Assembly: GCA_002269645.1 (NCBI GenBank)
Contig: NIVC01002362.1
Coordinates: 62,001 to 126,000, forward strand
Reading direction: 5' to 3'
From: Macrostomum lignano
Taxonomy: Eukaryota
Length of the DNA stretch: 64,000 nucleotides
Under the pieces are notes generated by a model that was not told the origin of the DNA, did not search any database, and saw nothing but the letters and a program-made list of their open reading frames with translations. Of the stretch, positions 35,659 through 48,932 are shown piece by piece. Positions within the stretch are counted from its first letter, which is position 1. Every line of letters starts with the position of its first letter. The position numbers and the translations under genes are program-made.

Positions 35659-38369
35659 ATGGAAACTGAGACGCTAGCCGCCACCACCCAGGCCGCCGCT
35701 GTTGATAACCTGAGCGCCGGCTTCTTCTACGCCCGGAGCGCTTCGATCTTCGTGTCCTTGCTGGGCCTGGGCATGAGCAGCTTCTCCCTGTCCGTGCTGC
35801 TCAGGAAGTACCTGGCCAGGCGGGACGTCTTCGATGTCGGCCTCATCATTCTGGAGGCCTGCCAGGTGGCCTACTGCCTATTGTGCTCGGCCACGTTCTG
35901 CCTGGACCTGACTGTCCAGCTGCAGGGCACCTACAACAAGGAGCCGTTCAAGACCATCTACGAGGTGAGGGGCAGCTTGCTGGTAGTTCAACAATTGAAT
36001 CGTAGCTCGTATGCTGAGGTAACTAAGCAATGTAGGGCGAATCAGTGGTGATCTACAGAGAAGGGGCAAACCCTAAGGCTCAAGTGTGTACATGACTAAC
36101 GATTAGAAAGTCAGGGCCGCCGTGCCACCCTGCGGGAGTATCTGATCGTACAATGCTCAAAAGGGGTCAGCGGCGACTGCTTACCTTGCCTTGATTGCAG
36201 CAAGCGCTTGAAGTCGGAGGTCTACTTTAGATCTCCAATAAGTTAACAGCTAAATTCACTTGAAGCAGATTGTCATGACAACATGAAGAAAGGCTTATAG
36301 CTATCGATTTCAATGTTCCTTATCTTTGCTCGGCATCCCTGCTCTAACCGTTGCGACGAATTTGAAAAGTTAAGCAAACTAGAAAGTTCTAAAGATACTT
36401 TGTTACAATGCGGAAGAAAAATCACCTGATTTATCAAAAAAACCATATTTTTGCATTCCCTCCAGTTTGTGCTGCCCGGGCTTTTTTGGCACAACAACTC
36501 CGCAGCTCACATGAAGCTCCAAGCACCTCCCATTTCTTGTACGAGCTCCACTTTTCGAGAGTTGGGTTTCGCAAAATACGTGTTTCCTGAACCTTGGATT
36601 CTGTGGGTCCCGGCTCTTCCCGCGCCCGACGCCCCCTTGGCCCCTGACGCACGGAAATGTTACAAATGTTTGGAAATCTGGAGGCGTTCTGTTTTCTGAG
36701 AAACGAGCTTCCATGAGTCACGGAGATGGGCGAGGCGCAACTAGGACATTTCATTCCGGTAGACCGCCATTCCATTCTTGTTTGTTTATAGCGGGTTCGT
36801 AGCCTAGCGGTTAAGTAGAGCGTCGGACTCACGACGGAAAGATCGGGGGTTCCATTTTCGAACCACTCCGAACTATTTGTCTCCTTAAGCAAGACACTCA
36901 ACTCTGCATTGCTTCAGCTCACCCAGCTGTAAAATGGGTGTCTGCATTAGCTGGGGTAATTGAGGGTGTTTGTGACGACCTTCCCCCCTTAGTCCATGGA
37001 CTGAACAGCCGTACGCAGCCTTCAGATGCGCTGCGCAATAGCTGCGGCTAAGCTGTCGGTTGCACATCTGCCCAATATTGGGTAGGTGTACAATATAATA
37101 CTTCGAAGCATAATGCTGGCAAGTTGTGGACGGCTGACCTACGGTTTCAAACCAGTTATCGACTCTAATGATTTTTAAGAACACAAGACTGCAGACAGAT
37201 GCTAACACTGCTCTCATCAGCTCAGATTTAGTCACACCAGTCAATTTAGAAAACACGTTCTCAACTGAATGGGCGTTCCTCCACTCCTGCAGGCTAACCT
37301 TAACAAGCCTCGATCCGTGCCCGGGCAATGAACCCAACTGTAACCCTGTCACAACCCCAACCAGGTGATGTTTGCCCTAGTTCTGGTCGCCCTGCTCAAC
37401 CGCAACCAGTGGACGATGTGCATGACCCTGTTCAGGACCGCCGCGACCACGAACCCCATCGCTTTCCGGCACTGCTTCACCAAGCGAATGCAGCTGATGG
37501 TGTTTGGCGTCGTGTTCGTCATTTCGCTGCTCATCGGCGGTCTCTACACGCCCGGCCTGATGGAGCTGCTGGACAGGCAGGCCCTGCTCATGACGAGCCG
37601 CGTGTTCCAGTCCTACATTCCCGTGCCAGTCATTCTCATCTGCTCCTTCATCATGGCCTACAAATTCTGCGGGGCCAAGGAGCAGCTGGCCAACAGCGAG
37701 TCAGTTGTTGCGAGTCGGGGCAGCAGCACGACCGGCGTCGGGGGCGGCAGCGCGGCTGCTGACGGCGGAGGCGGCAGCCTGATCGGCAGCAGCCGGGGCA
37801 ACAGCAGCGGCGTCACCAACCTTCGTCGCAACTCTCGAGTGGCCACAGCTATCGTGCTGTGCCTGTCCATCTCGTTCCACGTGTTGGAGACCCCGGGAGC
37901 CGTTCTGATCATGCTGAACCTGTCCCTGACCAGCTCCGTGGACTGGTTCTACGCCGTGAACGACATTTTGGTGTCGCTGGACAGCGCTGTGCACTTCCTC
38001 ATCTTCTTCTGTCTGAGCCGGAATTTCCGTCGCACAGCCGGGCAGGCCTGCGGAATGCAGCGCAGCCGACGGCGTCGACGTAGACAACGATGCAGAGGCA
38101 TCGAAGGCGGCAACGGCAGCGGCGACATCGCGGCGGCAGTTCTGGCCGCCGAGGCTGGCCAGTTCGGGCGCAGCAGCCGCCTGGCTGGCCGGGGCAACCG
38201 CGGCCCCCGCCGCAGCTGCATGAAGGGCGGCGGCGTCAACTACCAGAGCAGCCGCGGCGTCGCCACCTCCATCGCTGTGGTCAGCCATGCCGACGAGATT
38301 CTCGGCGCCGAGCCGCCAGCCGAAGGCACCCAGCCGATCGAAATGAAGTCGCTGCCTCGTCCCGGATAG
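35659..38369 (+). CDS. Class A (rhodopsin-like) 7TM orphan GPCR, peptide-receptor-like, join(35659..35964,37365..38369), 436 aa
   Basis: Seven hydrophobic segments. TM3 end MCMTLFRTAATTNP, TM6 AIVLCLSISFHVLETPG, TM7/H8 NDILVSLDSAVHFLIFFCLSRNFRR. Phase-0 intron gag|gtgagg ... ccaaccag|gtg. Confidence 0.8.
36791..37100 (+). mobile_element. SINE family A copy in the GPCR intron (duplicated at about 42111-42421)
   Basis: gcgggttcgtagcctagcggtt..gtcggactcacgac..ccttaagcaagacactcaactctgcattgcttcagctcacccagctgtaaaatggg; homologous to 4402-4728. Confidence 0.8.
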
Positions 38370-40979
38370 GCAGGATGGTAGGTTTGAATGAAGGAGAAAC
38401 GCACTGACACTAATTAATTGTGTTGTGTAAGACAACAATCGTCAGCTTTAGCAATCGCTTAATCTCTTGGTGTAATAATTGTCTCAATGTTTGGGTTAGA
38501 CCGTCACGATTGTGTACGTGTTGTTTGTTGGCATTAAACATTAAAATGATTTACGAGTAACTACAGGGGGAGCTCTTTGAGAAGTTCGCGCCTGCGCGTT
38601 GTTTACTGGCTTTTGACATGCCAGACAATGGGAAAGTCAGGGATGCTGTGTGTAGCAGTGTGCTTGTGGGGTGCTGAGAAGACAGCGAAATGGACAGCAT
38701 GACTTGACTCCTCGCTGCGGGTCGACTGAGTTGCGTCTCTTATGACGACAAAAAGTCATAGGGGTGCAACTTCAGTCTCGACCTACAATTCATGATTTTG
38801 TAGTTTTCATTTGACAGTCCTTGCAGTCTGAATTGTCTGAATGCTCAACCGTGAGTAGCTTCCGCTTCCAAACATTATTTTCTAGTAATTGCGTTCACAT
38901 TGTTGTGGATAGTCATTTCGTGGCGAATGATTGCCATATGACCAGTTATGAAAGGGTTAAGCTGGTGCCATTCAGACTTAGTCGTCGGGAATCTATAGCG
39001 TACTCGATCCCTGCCTAATCTCCACACATTGTCATTCCGATTGTTTTCACAATACAAGTTCTCTCACGTTGTTCACGTGTTGCCAGGGTGACTTCTGATA
39101 GCGGGCACTCTTGGTAGAAATCATTAACTTTACAATAGGAAGCATTTTGCAGATTTTCCACGAGATTTCCTGGACTATTAAAATTTATGCAAGCAAAGCG
39201 CATCAAACGCTAGTACTAAGTGACTTTACACAACGTTAGCCAAACTTCGGGACGATAAAAGCTTTTTGTAAGCCCTTTAATCTTCCAATATAAAGTCCTG
39301 CAAATGGTCAGTGGGAAGGCCAGACTTCGTGGCACAAGGCACACAAGCACCCGTCAATATTGGTTCAATCCGCGGGCAATCCGCCCCCCCGCTGCTTATC
39401 AATGAAAACTCTTTAATCAACTCGCGGGACCGCTGGTAGAATTACAATCAAATGATTCAGCATAATGGGTCACTTTACCATGCATTAGTAACCAAGATAC
39501 GGCCCACTATGAAGCTTTGGTTTACCTGCAACTCAGCTTTACAGGTGATATTCTGCTTCAACCCAGGGGGGAGGCTAAAGACCGCGGCAGAGATCAGAGC
39601 ACACATGATGGAGGCTTTTTTGTCCTTCTTCCGCCAAAAAACACTGACACGACTGTTGGGAGTGCGCTGCCTTGAGGGGATGTTTGCCCAGTGTTTTCTC
39701 CCCAAATCCACGCCGTGCAGCTGCCGGGTCAACATCGCGGTCGATTTTTGCAAGCGTTTGCTCCATTTGATCGTGCTAATCTGGAGTGACGTAATGTAGC
39801 TCTGTGAGTTCCATGTAGCCCTGTGAGTTCCATGTAGCTCTGTGAGTTCCATGTAGCTCTGTGAGTTCCATGTAGCTCTGTGAGTTCCATGCAGCTCTGT
39901 GAGTTCCATGTAGCTCTGTGAGTTCCCCAATGTAGCTCTGTGAATTCCATGTAGCTCTGTGCGTTCCATATAGCTCTGTGATTTCCATGTAGCTCTGTGA
40001 GTTCCATGTAGCTCTGTGAGTTCCATGTAGCTCTGTGAGTTCCATGTAGCTCTGTGAGTTCCATGTAGCTCTGTGAGTTCCATGTAGCCCTGTGAGTTCC
40101 ATGTAGCTCTGTGCGTTCCATATAGCTCTGTGATTTCCATGTAGCTCTGTGAGTTCCATGTAGCTCTGTGAGTTCCATGTAGCTCTGTGAGTTCCATGTA
40201 GCTCTGTGAGTTCCATGTAGCTCTGTGAGTTCCCCAATGTAGCTCTGTGAGTTCCATGTAGCTCTGTGATTTCCATGTAGCTCTGTGAGTTCCCCCATGT
40301 AGCTCTGTGAGTTCCAATTCTCTTTTTTAGCTCCAAGTCTTTTTGAGTTTCATTAGCCTTGAGACTTAAGGTGACTACATGAGTTTGAGTTCATTCATGG
40401 TGGCTTTTTGAGATCCAGGTAGCTTTTGAGACCCAATTCTCGCGACTGATATCATACACTGTTAACTCATCCTGCTTAGGTTTTGAGCTGCGTTCAACGG
40501 GTGCATAACAAGCACATTAATACTCTCTGCCCAGTTACCTAATACGCCATCCCAGCCAATCAGCGCCCGAGAATCTCCCATAGCCTGCTGCCGATCGCAA
40601 GTCATTGCTCTCCTGTTTTCTTGGCTTTACCCTTAGCAACAATGCTCATACAAGCCGCTCCGAGAGCCCAATTAGGAGGCACAGCAGCGCCCGTGGCTAC
40701 CTACCTTTCTCCTGTCGCGCTCCCAGCTTTCCAAGGCTCGACTCTCCGCGGGAGGCTTGGGGCGACAACGCAGAGAAAGAGCGGACGAGAGAGAGAGAGA
40801 GAGTGAGAGGCAGGCAGACAGCAGTTCAACGCAAGGTGTTGTCTCGAGCTTAACAGGCACCGGAGCGAAGAACAGAGAAGGGGCTGTCCCAGCCCGTTAA
40901 AAAATTTCCGAATATATAGGAGGGCCGGGAGTTCCGCCATTCGCTTCGCTCCCGTTTCTCGCCTGAGCCCTGCATCGCC

Positions 40980-43689
40980 ATGGAAACTGAGACGCTAGCC
41001 GCCACCACCCAGGCCGCCGCTGTTGATAACCTGAGCGCCGGCTTCTTCTACGCCCGGAGCGCTTCGATCTTCGTGTCCTTGCTGGGCCTGGGCATGAGCA
41101 GCTTCTCCCTGTCCGTGCTGCTCAGGAAGTACCTGGCCAGGCGGGACGTCTTCGATGTCGGCCTCATCATTCTGGAGGCCTGCCAGGTGGCCTACTGCCT
41201 ATTGTGCTCGGCCACGTTCTGCCTGGACCTGACTGTCCAGCTGCAGGGCACCTACAACAAGGAGCCGTTCAAGACCATCTACGAGGTGAGGGGCAGCTTG
41301 CTGGTAGTTCAACAATTGAATCGTAGCTCGTATGCTGAGGTAACTAAGCAATGTAGGGCGAATCAGTGGTGATCTACAGAGAAGGGGCAAACCCTAAGGC
41401 TCAAGTGTGTACATGACTAACGATTAGAAAGTCAGGGCCGCCGTGCCACCCTGCGGGAGTATCTGATCGTACAATGCTCAAAAGGGGTCAGCGGCGACTG
41501 CTTACCTTGCCTTGATTGCAGCAAGCGCTTGAAGTCGGAGGTCTACTTTAGATCTCCAATAAGTTAACAGCTAAATTCACTTGAAGCAGATTGTCATGAC
41601 AACATGAAGAAAGGCTTATAGCTATCGATTTCAATGTTCCTTATCTTTGCTCGGCATCCCTGCTCTAACCGTTGCGACGAATTTGAAAAGTTAAGCAAAC
41701 TAGAAAGTTCTAAAGATACTTTGTTACAATGCGGAAGAAAAATCACCTGATTTATCAAAAAAACCATATTTTTGCATTCCCTCCAGTTTGTGCTGCCCGG
41801 GCTTTTTTGGCACAACAACTCCGCAGCTCACATGAAGCTCCAAGCACCTCCCATTTCTTGTACGAGCTCCACTTTTCGAGAGTTGGGTTTCGCAAAATAC
41901 GTGTTTCCTGAACCTTGGATTCTGTGGGTCCCGGCTCTTCCCGCGCCCGACGCCCCCTTGGCCCCTGACGCACGGAAATGTTACAAATGTTTGGAAATCT
42001 GGAGGCGTTCTGTTTTCTGAGAAACGAGCTTCCATGAGTCACGGAGATGGGCGAGGCGCAACTAGGACATTTCATTCCGGTAGACCGCCATTCCATTCTT
42101 GTTTGTTTATAGCGGGTTCGTAGCCTAGCGGTTAAGTAGAGCGTCGGACTCACGACGGAAAGATCGGGGGTTCCATTTTCGAACCACTCCGAACTATTTG
42201 TCTCCTTAAGCAAGACACTCAACTCTGCATTGCTTCAGCTCACCCAGCTGTAAAATGGGTGTCTGCATTAGCTGGGGTAATTGAGGGTGTTTGTGACGAC
42301 CTTCCCCCCTTAGTCCATGGACTGAACAGCCGTACGCAGCCTTCAGATGCGCTGCGCAATAGCTGCGGCTAAGCTGTCGGTTGCACATCTGCCCAATATT
42401 GGGTAGGTGTACAATATAATACTTCGAAGCATAATGCTGGCAAGTTGTGGACGGCTGACCTACGGTTTCAAACCAGTTATCGACTCTAATGATTTTTAAG
42501 AACACAAGACTGCAGACAGATGCTAACACTGCTCTCATCAGCTCAGATTTAGTCACACCAGTCAATTTAGAAAACACGTTCTCAACTGAATGGGCGTTCC
42601 TCCACTCCTGCAGGCTAACCTTAACAAGCCTCGATCCGTGCCCGGGCAATGAACCCAACTGTAACCCTGTCACAACCCCAACCAGGTGATGTTTGCCCTA
42701 GTTCTGGTCGCCCTGCTCAACCGCAACCAGTGGACGATGTGCATGACCCTGTTCAGGACCGCCGCGACCACGAACCCCATCGCTTTCCGGCACTGCTTCA
42801 CCAAGCGAATGCAGCTGATGGTGTTTGGCGTCGTGTTCGTCATTTCGCTGCTCATCGGCGGTCTCTACACGCCCGGCCTGATGGAGCTGCTGGACAGGCA
42901 GGCCCTGCTCATGACGAGCCGCGTGTTCCAGTCCTACATTCCCGTGCCAGTCATTCTCATCTGCTCCTTCATCATGGCCTACAAATTCTGCGGGGCCAAG
43001 GAGCAGCTGGCCAACAGCGAGTCAGTTGTTGCGAGTCGGGGCAGCAGCACGACCGGCGTCGGGGCGGCAGCGCGGCTGCTGACGGCGGAGGCGGCAGCCT
43101 GATCGGCAGCAGCCGGGGCAACAGCAGCGGCGTCACCAACCTTCGTCGCAACTCTCGAGTGGCCACAGCTATCGTGCTGTGCCTGTCCATCTCGTTCCAC
43201 GTGTTGGAGACCCCGGGAGCCGTTCTGATCATGCTGAACCTGTCCCTGACCAGCTCCGTGGACTGGTTCTACGCCGTGAACGACATTTTGGTGTCGCTGG
43301 ACAGCGCTGTGCACTTCCTCATCTTCTTCTGTCTGAGCCGGAATTTCCGTCGCACAGCCGGGCAGGCCTGCGGAATGCAGCGCAGCCGACGGCGTCGACG
43401 TAGACAACGATGCAGAGGCATCGAAGGCGGCAACGGCAGCGGCGACATCGCGGCGGCAGTTCTGGCCGCCGAGGCTGGCCAGTTCGGGCGCAGCAGCCGC
43501 CTGGCTGGCCGGGGCAACCGCGGCCCCCGCCGCAGCTGCATGAAGGGCGGCGGCGTCAACTACCAGAGCAGCCGCGGCGTCGCCACCTCCATCGCTGTGG
43601 TCAGCCATGCCGACGAGATTCTCGGCGCCGAGCCGCCAGCCGAAGGCACCCAGCCGATCGAAATGAAGTCGCTGCCTCGTCCCGGATAG
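40980..43689 (+). pseudogene. Second copy of the GPCR, join(40980..41285,42686..43689), with a 1-nt deletion in a G run near 43060. As written it truncates after TM5 (stop at 43102).
   Basis: ggcgtcgggggcggc in copy 1 versus ggcgtcggggcggc in copy 2; otherwise identical by eye. Confidence 0.7.
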
Positions 43690-45354
43690 GCAGGATGGTA
43701 GGTTTGAATGAAGGAGAAACGCACTGACACTAATTAATTGTGTTGTGTAAGACAACAATCGTCAGCTTTAGCAATCGCTTAATCTCTTGGTGTAATAATT
43801 GTCTCAATGTTTGGGTTAGACCGTCACGATTGTGTACGTGTTGTTTGTTGGCATTAAACATTAAAATGATTTACGAGTAACTACAGGGGGAGCTCTTTGA
43901 GAAGTTCGCGCCTGCGCGTTGTTTACTGGCTTTTGACATGCCAGACAATGGGAAAGTCAGGGATGCTGTGTGTAGCAGTGTGCTTGTGGGGTGCTGAGAA
44001 GACAGCGAAATGGACAGCATGACTTGACTCCTCGCTGCGGGTCGACTGAGTTGCGTCTCTTATGACGACAAAAAGTCATAGGGGTGCAACTTCAGTCTCG
44101 ACCTACAATTCATGATTTTGTAGTTTTCATTTGACAGTCCTTGCAGTCTGAATTGTCTGAATGCTCAACCGTGAGTAGCTTCCGCTTCCAAACATTATTT
44201 TCTAGTAATTGCGTTCACATTGTTGTGGATAGTCATTTCGTGGCGAATGATTGCCATATGACCAGTTATGAAAGGGTTAAGCTGGTGCCATTCAGACTTA
44301 GTCGTCGGGAATCTATAGCGTACTCGATCCCTGCCTAATCTCCACACATTGTCATTCCGATTGTTTTCACAATACAAGTTCTCTCACGTTGTTCACGTGT
44401 TGCCAGGGTGACTTCTGATAGCGGGCACTCTTGGTAGAAATCATTAACTTTACAATAGGAAGCATTTTGCAGATTTTCCACGAGATTTCCTGGACTATTA
44501 AAATTTATGCAAGCAAAGCGCATCAAACGCTAGTACTAAGTGACTTTACACAACGTTAGCCAAACTTCGGGACGATAAAAGCTTTTTGTAAGCCCTTTAA
44601 TCTTCCAATATAAAGTCCTGCAAATGGTCAGTGGGAAGGCCAGACTTCGTGGCACAAGGCACACAAGCACCCGTCAATATTGGTTCAATCCGCGGGCAAT
44701 CCGCCCCCCCGCTGCTTATCAATGAAAACTCTTTAATCAACTCGCGGGACCGCTGGTAGAATTACAATCAAATGATTCAGCATAATGGGTCACTTTACCA
44801 TGCATTAGTAACCAAGATACGGCCCACTATGAAGCTTTGGTTTACCTGCAACTCAGCTTTACAGGTGATATTCTGCTTCAACCCAGGGGGGAGGCTAAAG
44901 ACCGCGGCAGAGATCAGAGCACACATGATGGAGGCTTTTTTGTCCTTCTTCCGCCAAAAAACACTGACACGACTGTTGGGAGTGCGCTGCCTTGAGGGGA
45001 TGTTTGCCCAGTGTTTTCTCCCCAAATCCACGCCGTGCAGCTGCCGGGTCAACATCGCGGTCGATTTTTGCAAGCGTTTGCTCCATTTGATCGTGCTAAT
45101 CTGGAGTGACGTAAAAGCCCCGTACACTCTCCGCTCTTATCCTGAGACTCCTCACATCGTGTGCAAATTATTAAATTGATTGAATTGATGCTCTATTGAA
45201 TTCGTTTTGCATTCGTTTTGCATACTAGAAAGTTTAACAGAAAATTTCTCTTGATACCATCAGTTTTGCAATCGTGTGTACCTTGTACGATCGTCTGTGT
45301 CAACTTTTGTTGTGTTTCTTCCCGGGATTTTGCAAGACTGTCTGATGCCTCTGT

Positions 45355-46940
45355 GAGACTTGGCATCTCAGCAACTCCCCCTGTGAGCCATGGCATCTCA
45401 GCAACTCCCCCTGTGAGCCATGGCATCTCAGCAACCGCCCCTGAGCAATGGCATCTCAGCAACTCCCCCTGTGAGCCATGGCATCTCAGCAACCGCCCCT
45501 GAGCAATGGCATCTCAGCAACTCCCCCATGAGCCATGGCATCTCAGCAACTCCCCCATGAGCCATGGCATCTCAGCAGCTCCCCCTGTGAGCCATGGCAT
45601 CTCAGCAGCTCCCCCTGTGAGCCATGGCATCTCAGCAGCTCCCCCTGTGAGCCGTGGCATCTCAGCAGCTCCCCCTGTGAGCCATGGCATCTCAGCAGCT
45701 CCCCCTGTGAGCCATGGCATCTCAGCAACCGCCCCTGAGCCATGGCATCTCAGCAGCTCCCCATGAGCCATGGCATCTCAGCAGCTCCCCCTGTGAGCCA
45801 TGGCATCTCAGCAGCTCCCCCTGTGAGCCATGGCATCTCAGCAGCTCCCCCTGTGAGCCATGGCATCTCAGCAACCGCCCCTGAGCCATGGCATCTCAGC
45901 AACTCCCCCATGAGCCATGGCATCTCAGCAACTCCCCCATGAGCCATAGCATCTCAGCAGCTCCCCTATGAGCCATAGCATCTCAGCAGCTCCCCCATGA
46001 GCCATAGCATCTCAGCAACTCCCCCATGAGCCATGGCATCTCAGCAACTCCCCCATGAGCCATGGCATCTCAGCAACTCCCCCATGAGCCATGGCATCTC
46101 AGCAGCTCCCCCTGTGAGCCATGGCATCTCAGCAGCTCCCCCTGTGAGCCATGGCATCTCAGCAGCTCCCCCTGTGAGCCATGGCATCTCAGCAACCGCC
46201 CCTGAGCCATGGCATCTCAGCAACTCCCCCATGAGCCATGGCATCTCAGCAACTCCCCCATGAGCCATAGCATCTCAGCAGCTCCCCTATGAGCCATAGC
46301 ATCTCAGCAGCTCCCCCATGAGCCATAGCATCTCAGCAACTCCCCCATGAGCCATGGAATCTCAGCAACTCCCCCATGAGCCATGGCATCTCAGCAACTC
46401 CCTCATGAGCCATGGCATCTCAGCAACTCCCCCATGAGCCATGGTATCTCAGCAACTCCCTCATGAGCCATGGCATCTCAGCAACTCCCCCATGAGCCAT
46501 GGCATCTCAGCAACTCCCCCATGAGCCATAGCATCTCAGCAGCTCCCCTATGAGCCATAGCATCTCAGCAGCTCCCCCATGAGCCATAGCATCTCAGCAA
46601 CTCCCCCATGAGCCATGGAATCTCAGCAACTCCCCCATGAGCCATGGCATCTCAGCAACTCCCTCATGAGCCATGGCATCTCAGCAACTCCCCCATGAGC
46701 CATGGTATCTCAGCAACTCCCTCATGAGCCATGGCATCTCAGCAACTCCCCCATGAGCCATGGCATCTCAGCAACTCCCCCTGTGAGCCATGGCATCTCA
46801 GCAACTCCCCCATGAGCCATGGCATCTTAGCAGCTCCCCCTGTGAGCCATGGAATCTCAGCAACCGCCCCTGAGCCCTGGCATCTCAGCAACTCCCCTAT
46901 GAGCCATGACATCTCAGCAACTCCCCGATGAGCCATGGCA
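45355..46940. repeat. Minisatellite, 28-30-bp unit, about 50 copies
   Basis: gagccatggcatctcagca(a/g)ctccccc(tgt/at) repeated. Confidence 0.97.
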
Positions 46941-47524
46941 ACTCCCGTAGCATTTTAGGATTGAACACATTTTGCTCTGTTTGTAAATTTTGGAAGTCCA
47001 GTACTTGCTTGCTTGAAACCGTCATGCTTTTCGTTGCCCAAATATTTGACTTTTTTGTATCGTCGATAAAGCTTTTTTCTGTACGAACGAGAGTTAGTTG
47101 TTGAATACTAATTATACAGGAAATTTTTGACACCTACAATTAACAGAAATCTGCGCTTGACTTTGAAGCCGCAATTTGATTTCAAAGTTTGTTACTTTAC
47201 AAAATTGAGATCGCTTAAGGTAAACAGTCTTCCAAGCATCTTAATACGCTCGTAAAAATACTTCAGTACTAGATACTTTTCATTTCATAACCTCAGAAAT
47301 CCTTTTCAATATTGACTACTTTCAGTAGCTTTGAACCTGAAACAGTTTTTTTCTTAGGTTTTTGCGAAAATCCCACAAATTCAGTTTAATTCTTAATCAG
47401 ACTTCGTAAGAAACTACTTAACCGCTGTTGTTCCACGGCTCACTTCCGGCTCTCATCTTCAGAAACTGTCTGCACTTATGAGACCTTCACAAGTTCACGA
47501 AAATATCTCACAAAACCCAAAAAT

Positions 47525-48510
47525 AGTCACACCTGTTAGAGACACTAGAGAGTCACCTGTTAGAGACACTAGTTAGTCACCTGTTAGAGACACTAGAGAG
47601 TCCCTGTTAGAGACACTAGAGAGTCACCTATTAGAGACAATAGAGAGTCACCTGTTAGAGACACTAGAGAGTCGCCTGTTAGAGACACTAGAGAGTCGCC
47701 TGTTAGAGACACTAGAGAGTCGCCTGTTAGAGACACTAGAGAGTCACCTGTTAGAGACACTAGAGAGTCACCTGTTAGAGACACTAGAGAGTCACCTGTT
47801 AGAGACACTAGAGAGTCACCTGTTAGAGACACTAGAGAGTCACCTGTTAGAGACACTAGAGAGTCACCTGTAAGAGACACTAGAGAGTCACCTGTTAGAG
47901 ACACTAGAGAGTCACCTGTTAGAGACACTAGAGAGTCACCTGTAAGAGACACTAGAGAGTCACCTGTTAGAGACACTAGAGAGTCACCTGTTAGAGACAC
48001 TAGAGAGTCACCTGTAAGAGACACTAGAGAGTCACCTGTTAGAGACACTAGAGAGTCACCTGTTAGAGACACTAGAGAGTCACCTGTTAGAGACACTAGA
48101 GAGTCACCTGTTAGAGACAGTAGAGAGTCCCCTGTTAGAGACACTAGAGAGTCACCTGTTAGAGACACTAGAGAGTCACCTGTTAGAGACACTAGAGAGT
48201 CACCTGTTAGAGACACTAGAGAGTCACCTGTTAGAGACACTAGAGAGTCGCCTGTTAGAGACACTAGAGAGTCACCTGTTAGAGACACTAGAGAGTCATC
48301 TGTAAGAGACACTAGAGAGTCACCTGTAAGAGACACTAGAGAGTCACCTGTAAGAGACACTAGAGAGTCACCTGTTAGAGACTCACAGAGTCACCTGTTA
48401 GACACTATAGAGACCGGTTAGACTCTACAGAGTCACCTGTTATACACTTTAGAGACCTGTTAGAGACACTAGAGAGTCACCTGTTAGAGACACTACAGAG
48501 TCAACCTGTT
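47525..48510. repeat. Minisatellite, 24-bp unit, about 40 copies
   Basis: acctgttagagacactagagagtc repeated. Confidence 0.97.
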
Positions 48511-48932
48511 AAAGGCGCTTTAAACAGTCACCTATTTTAGACCCAAATATTTACTTATTTGACAAGTTTAATTAAACTGACAGAAGGTATTAATTCGACA
48601 GATCAGTAGTATGAAAAAAGTTAACTGGTGCTAGTGTATTTTTGAATACTTTTTTACTCATAAACAAATGTGACCAATGTAATTACACTATGGAAAAAAA
48701 TCAGTTAAAACGTCAAATATGGTGCGAAATGTTGAAAAGGATGCTTATACTTATATCCTCAAGGGCCACTGAAAGTTGCTGTTGTATCAGGACGTATCAC
48801 TCGGGTTCTATGGACAGTTAATTTGAAGGTTTTGCGACTAGAAAAAACACGTTACAGAGATAGCGAGAGCGGTAAGTTTACTGCATTTTTACTGAACTTT
48901 GACCTTCAAGTGACTTCCAAGTGTCCCATTTT

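Larger units (their letters stand above)
34474..45114. repeat. Direct tandem segmental duplication: two copies of about 5.32 kb (34474-39794 and 39795-45114)
   Basis: The ORF track is identical at an offset of 5321, changing to 5320 after a 1-nt deletion near 43060. Junction: ...ggagtgacgtaa|tgtagctctgtg... Confidence 0.97.

Noticed and set aside
39452-39799. 115-aa ORF at the end of the duplicated unit (135 aa in copy 2)
   Set aside because: No recognisable motif, splice context or codon bias, so it cannot be supported as a gene.
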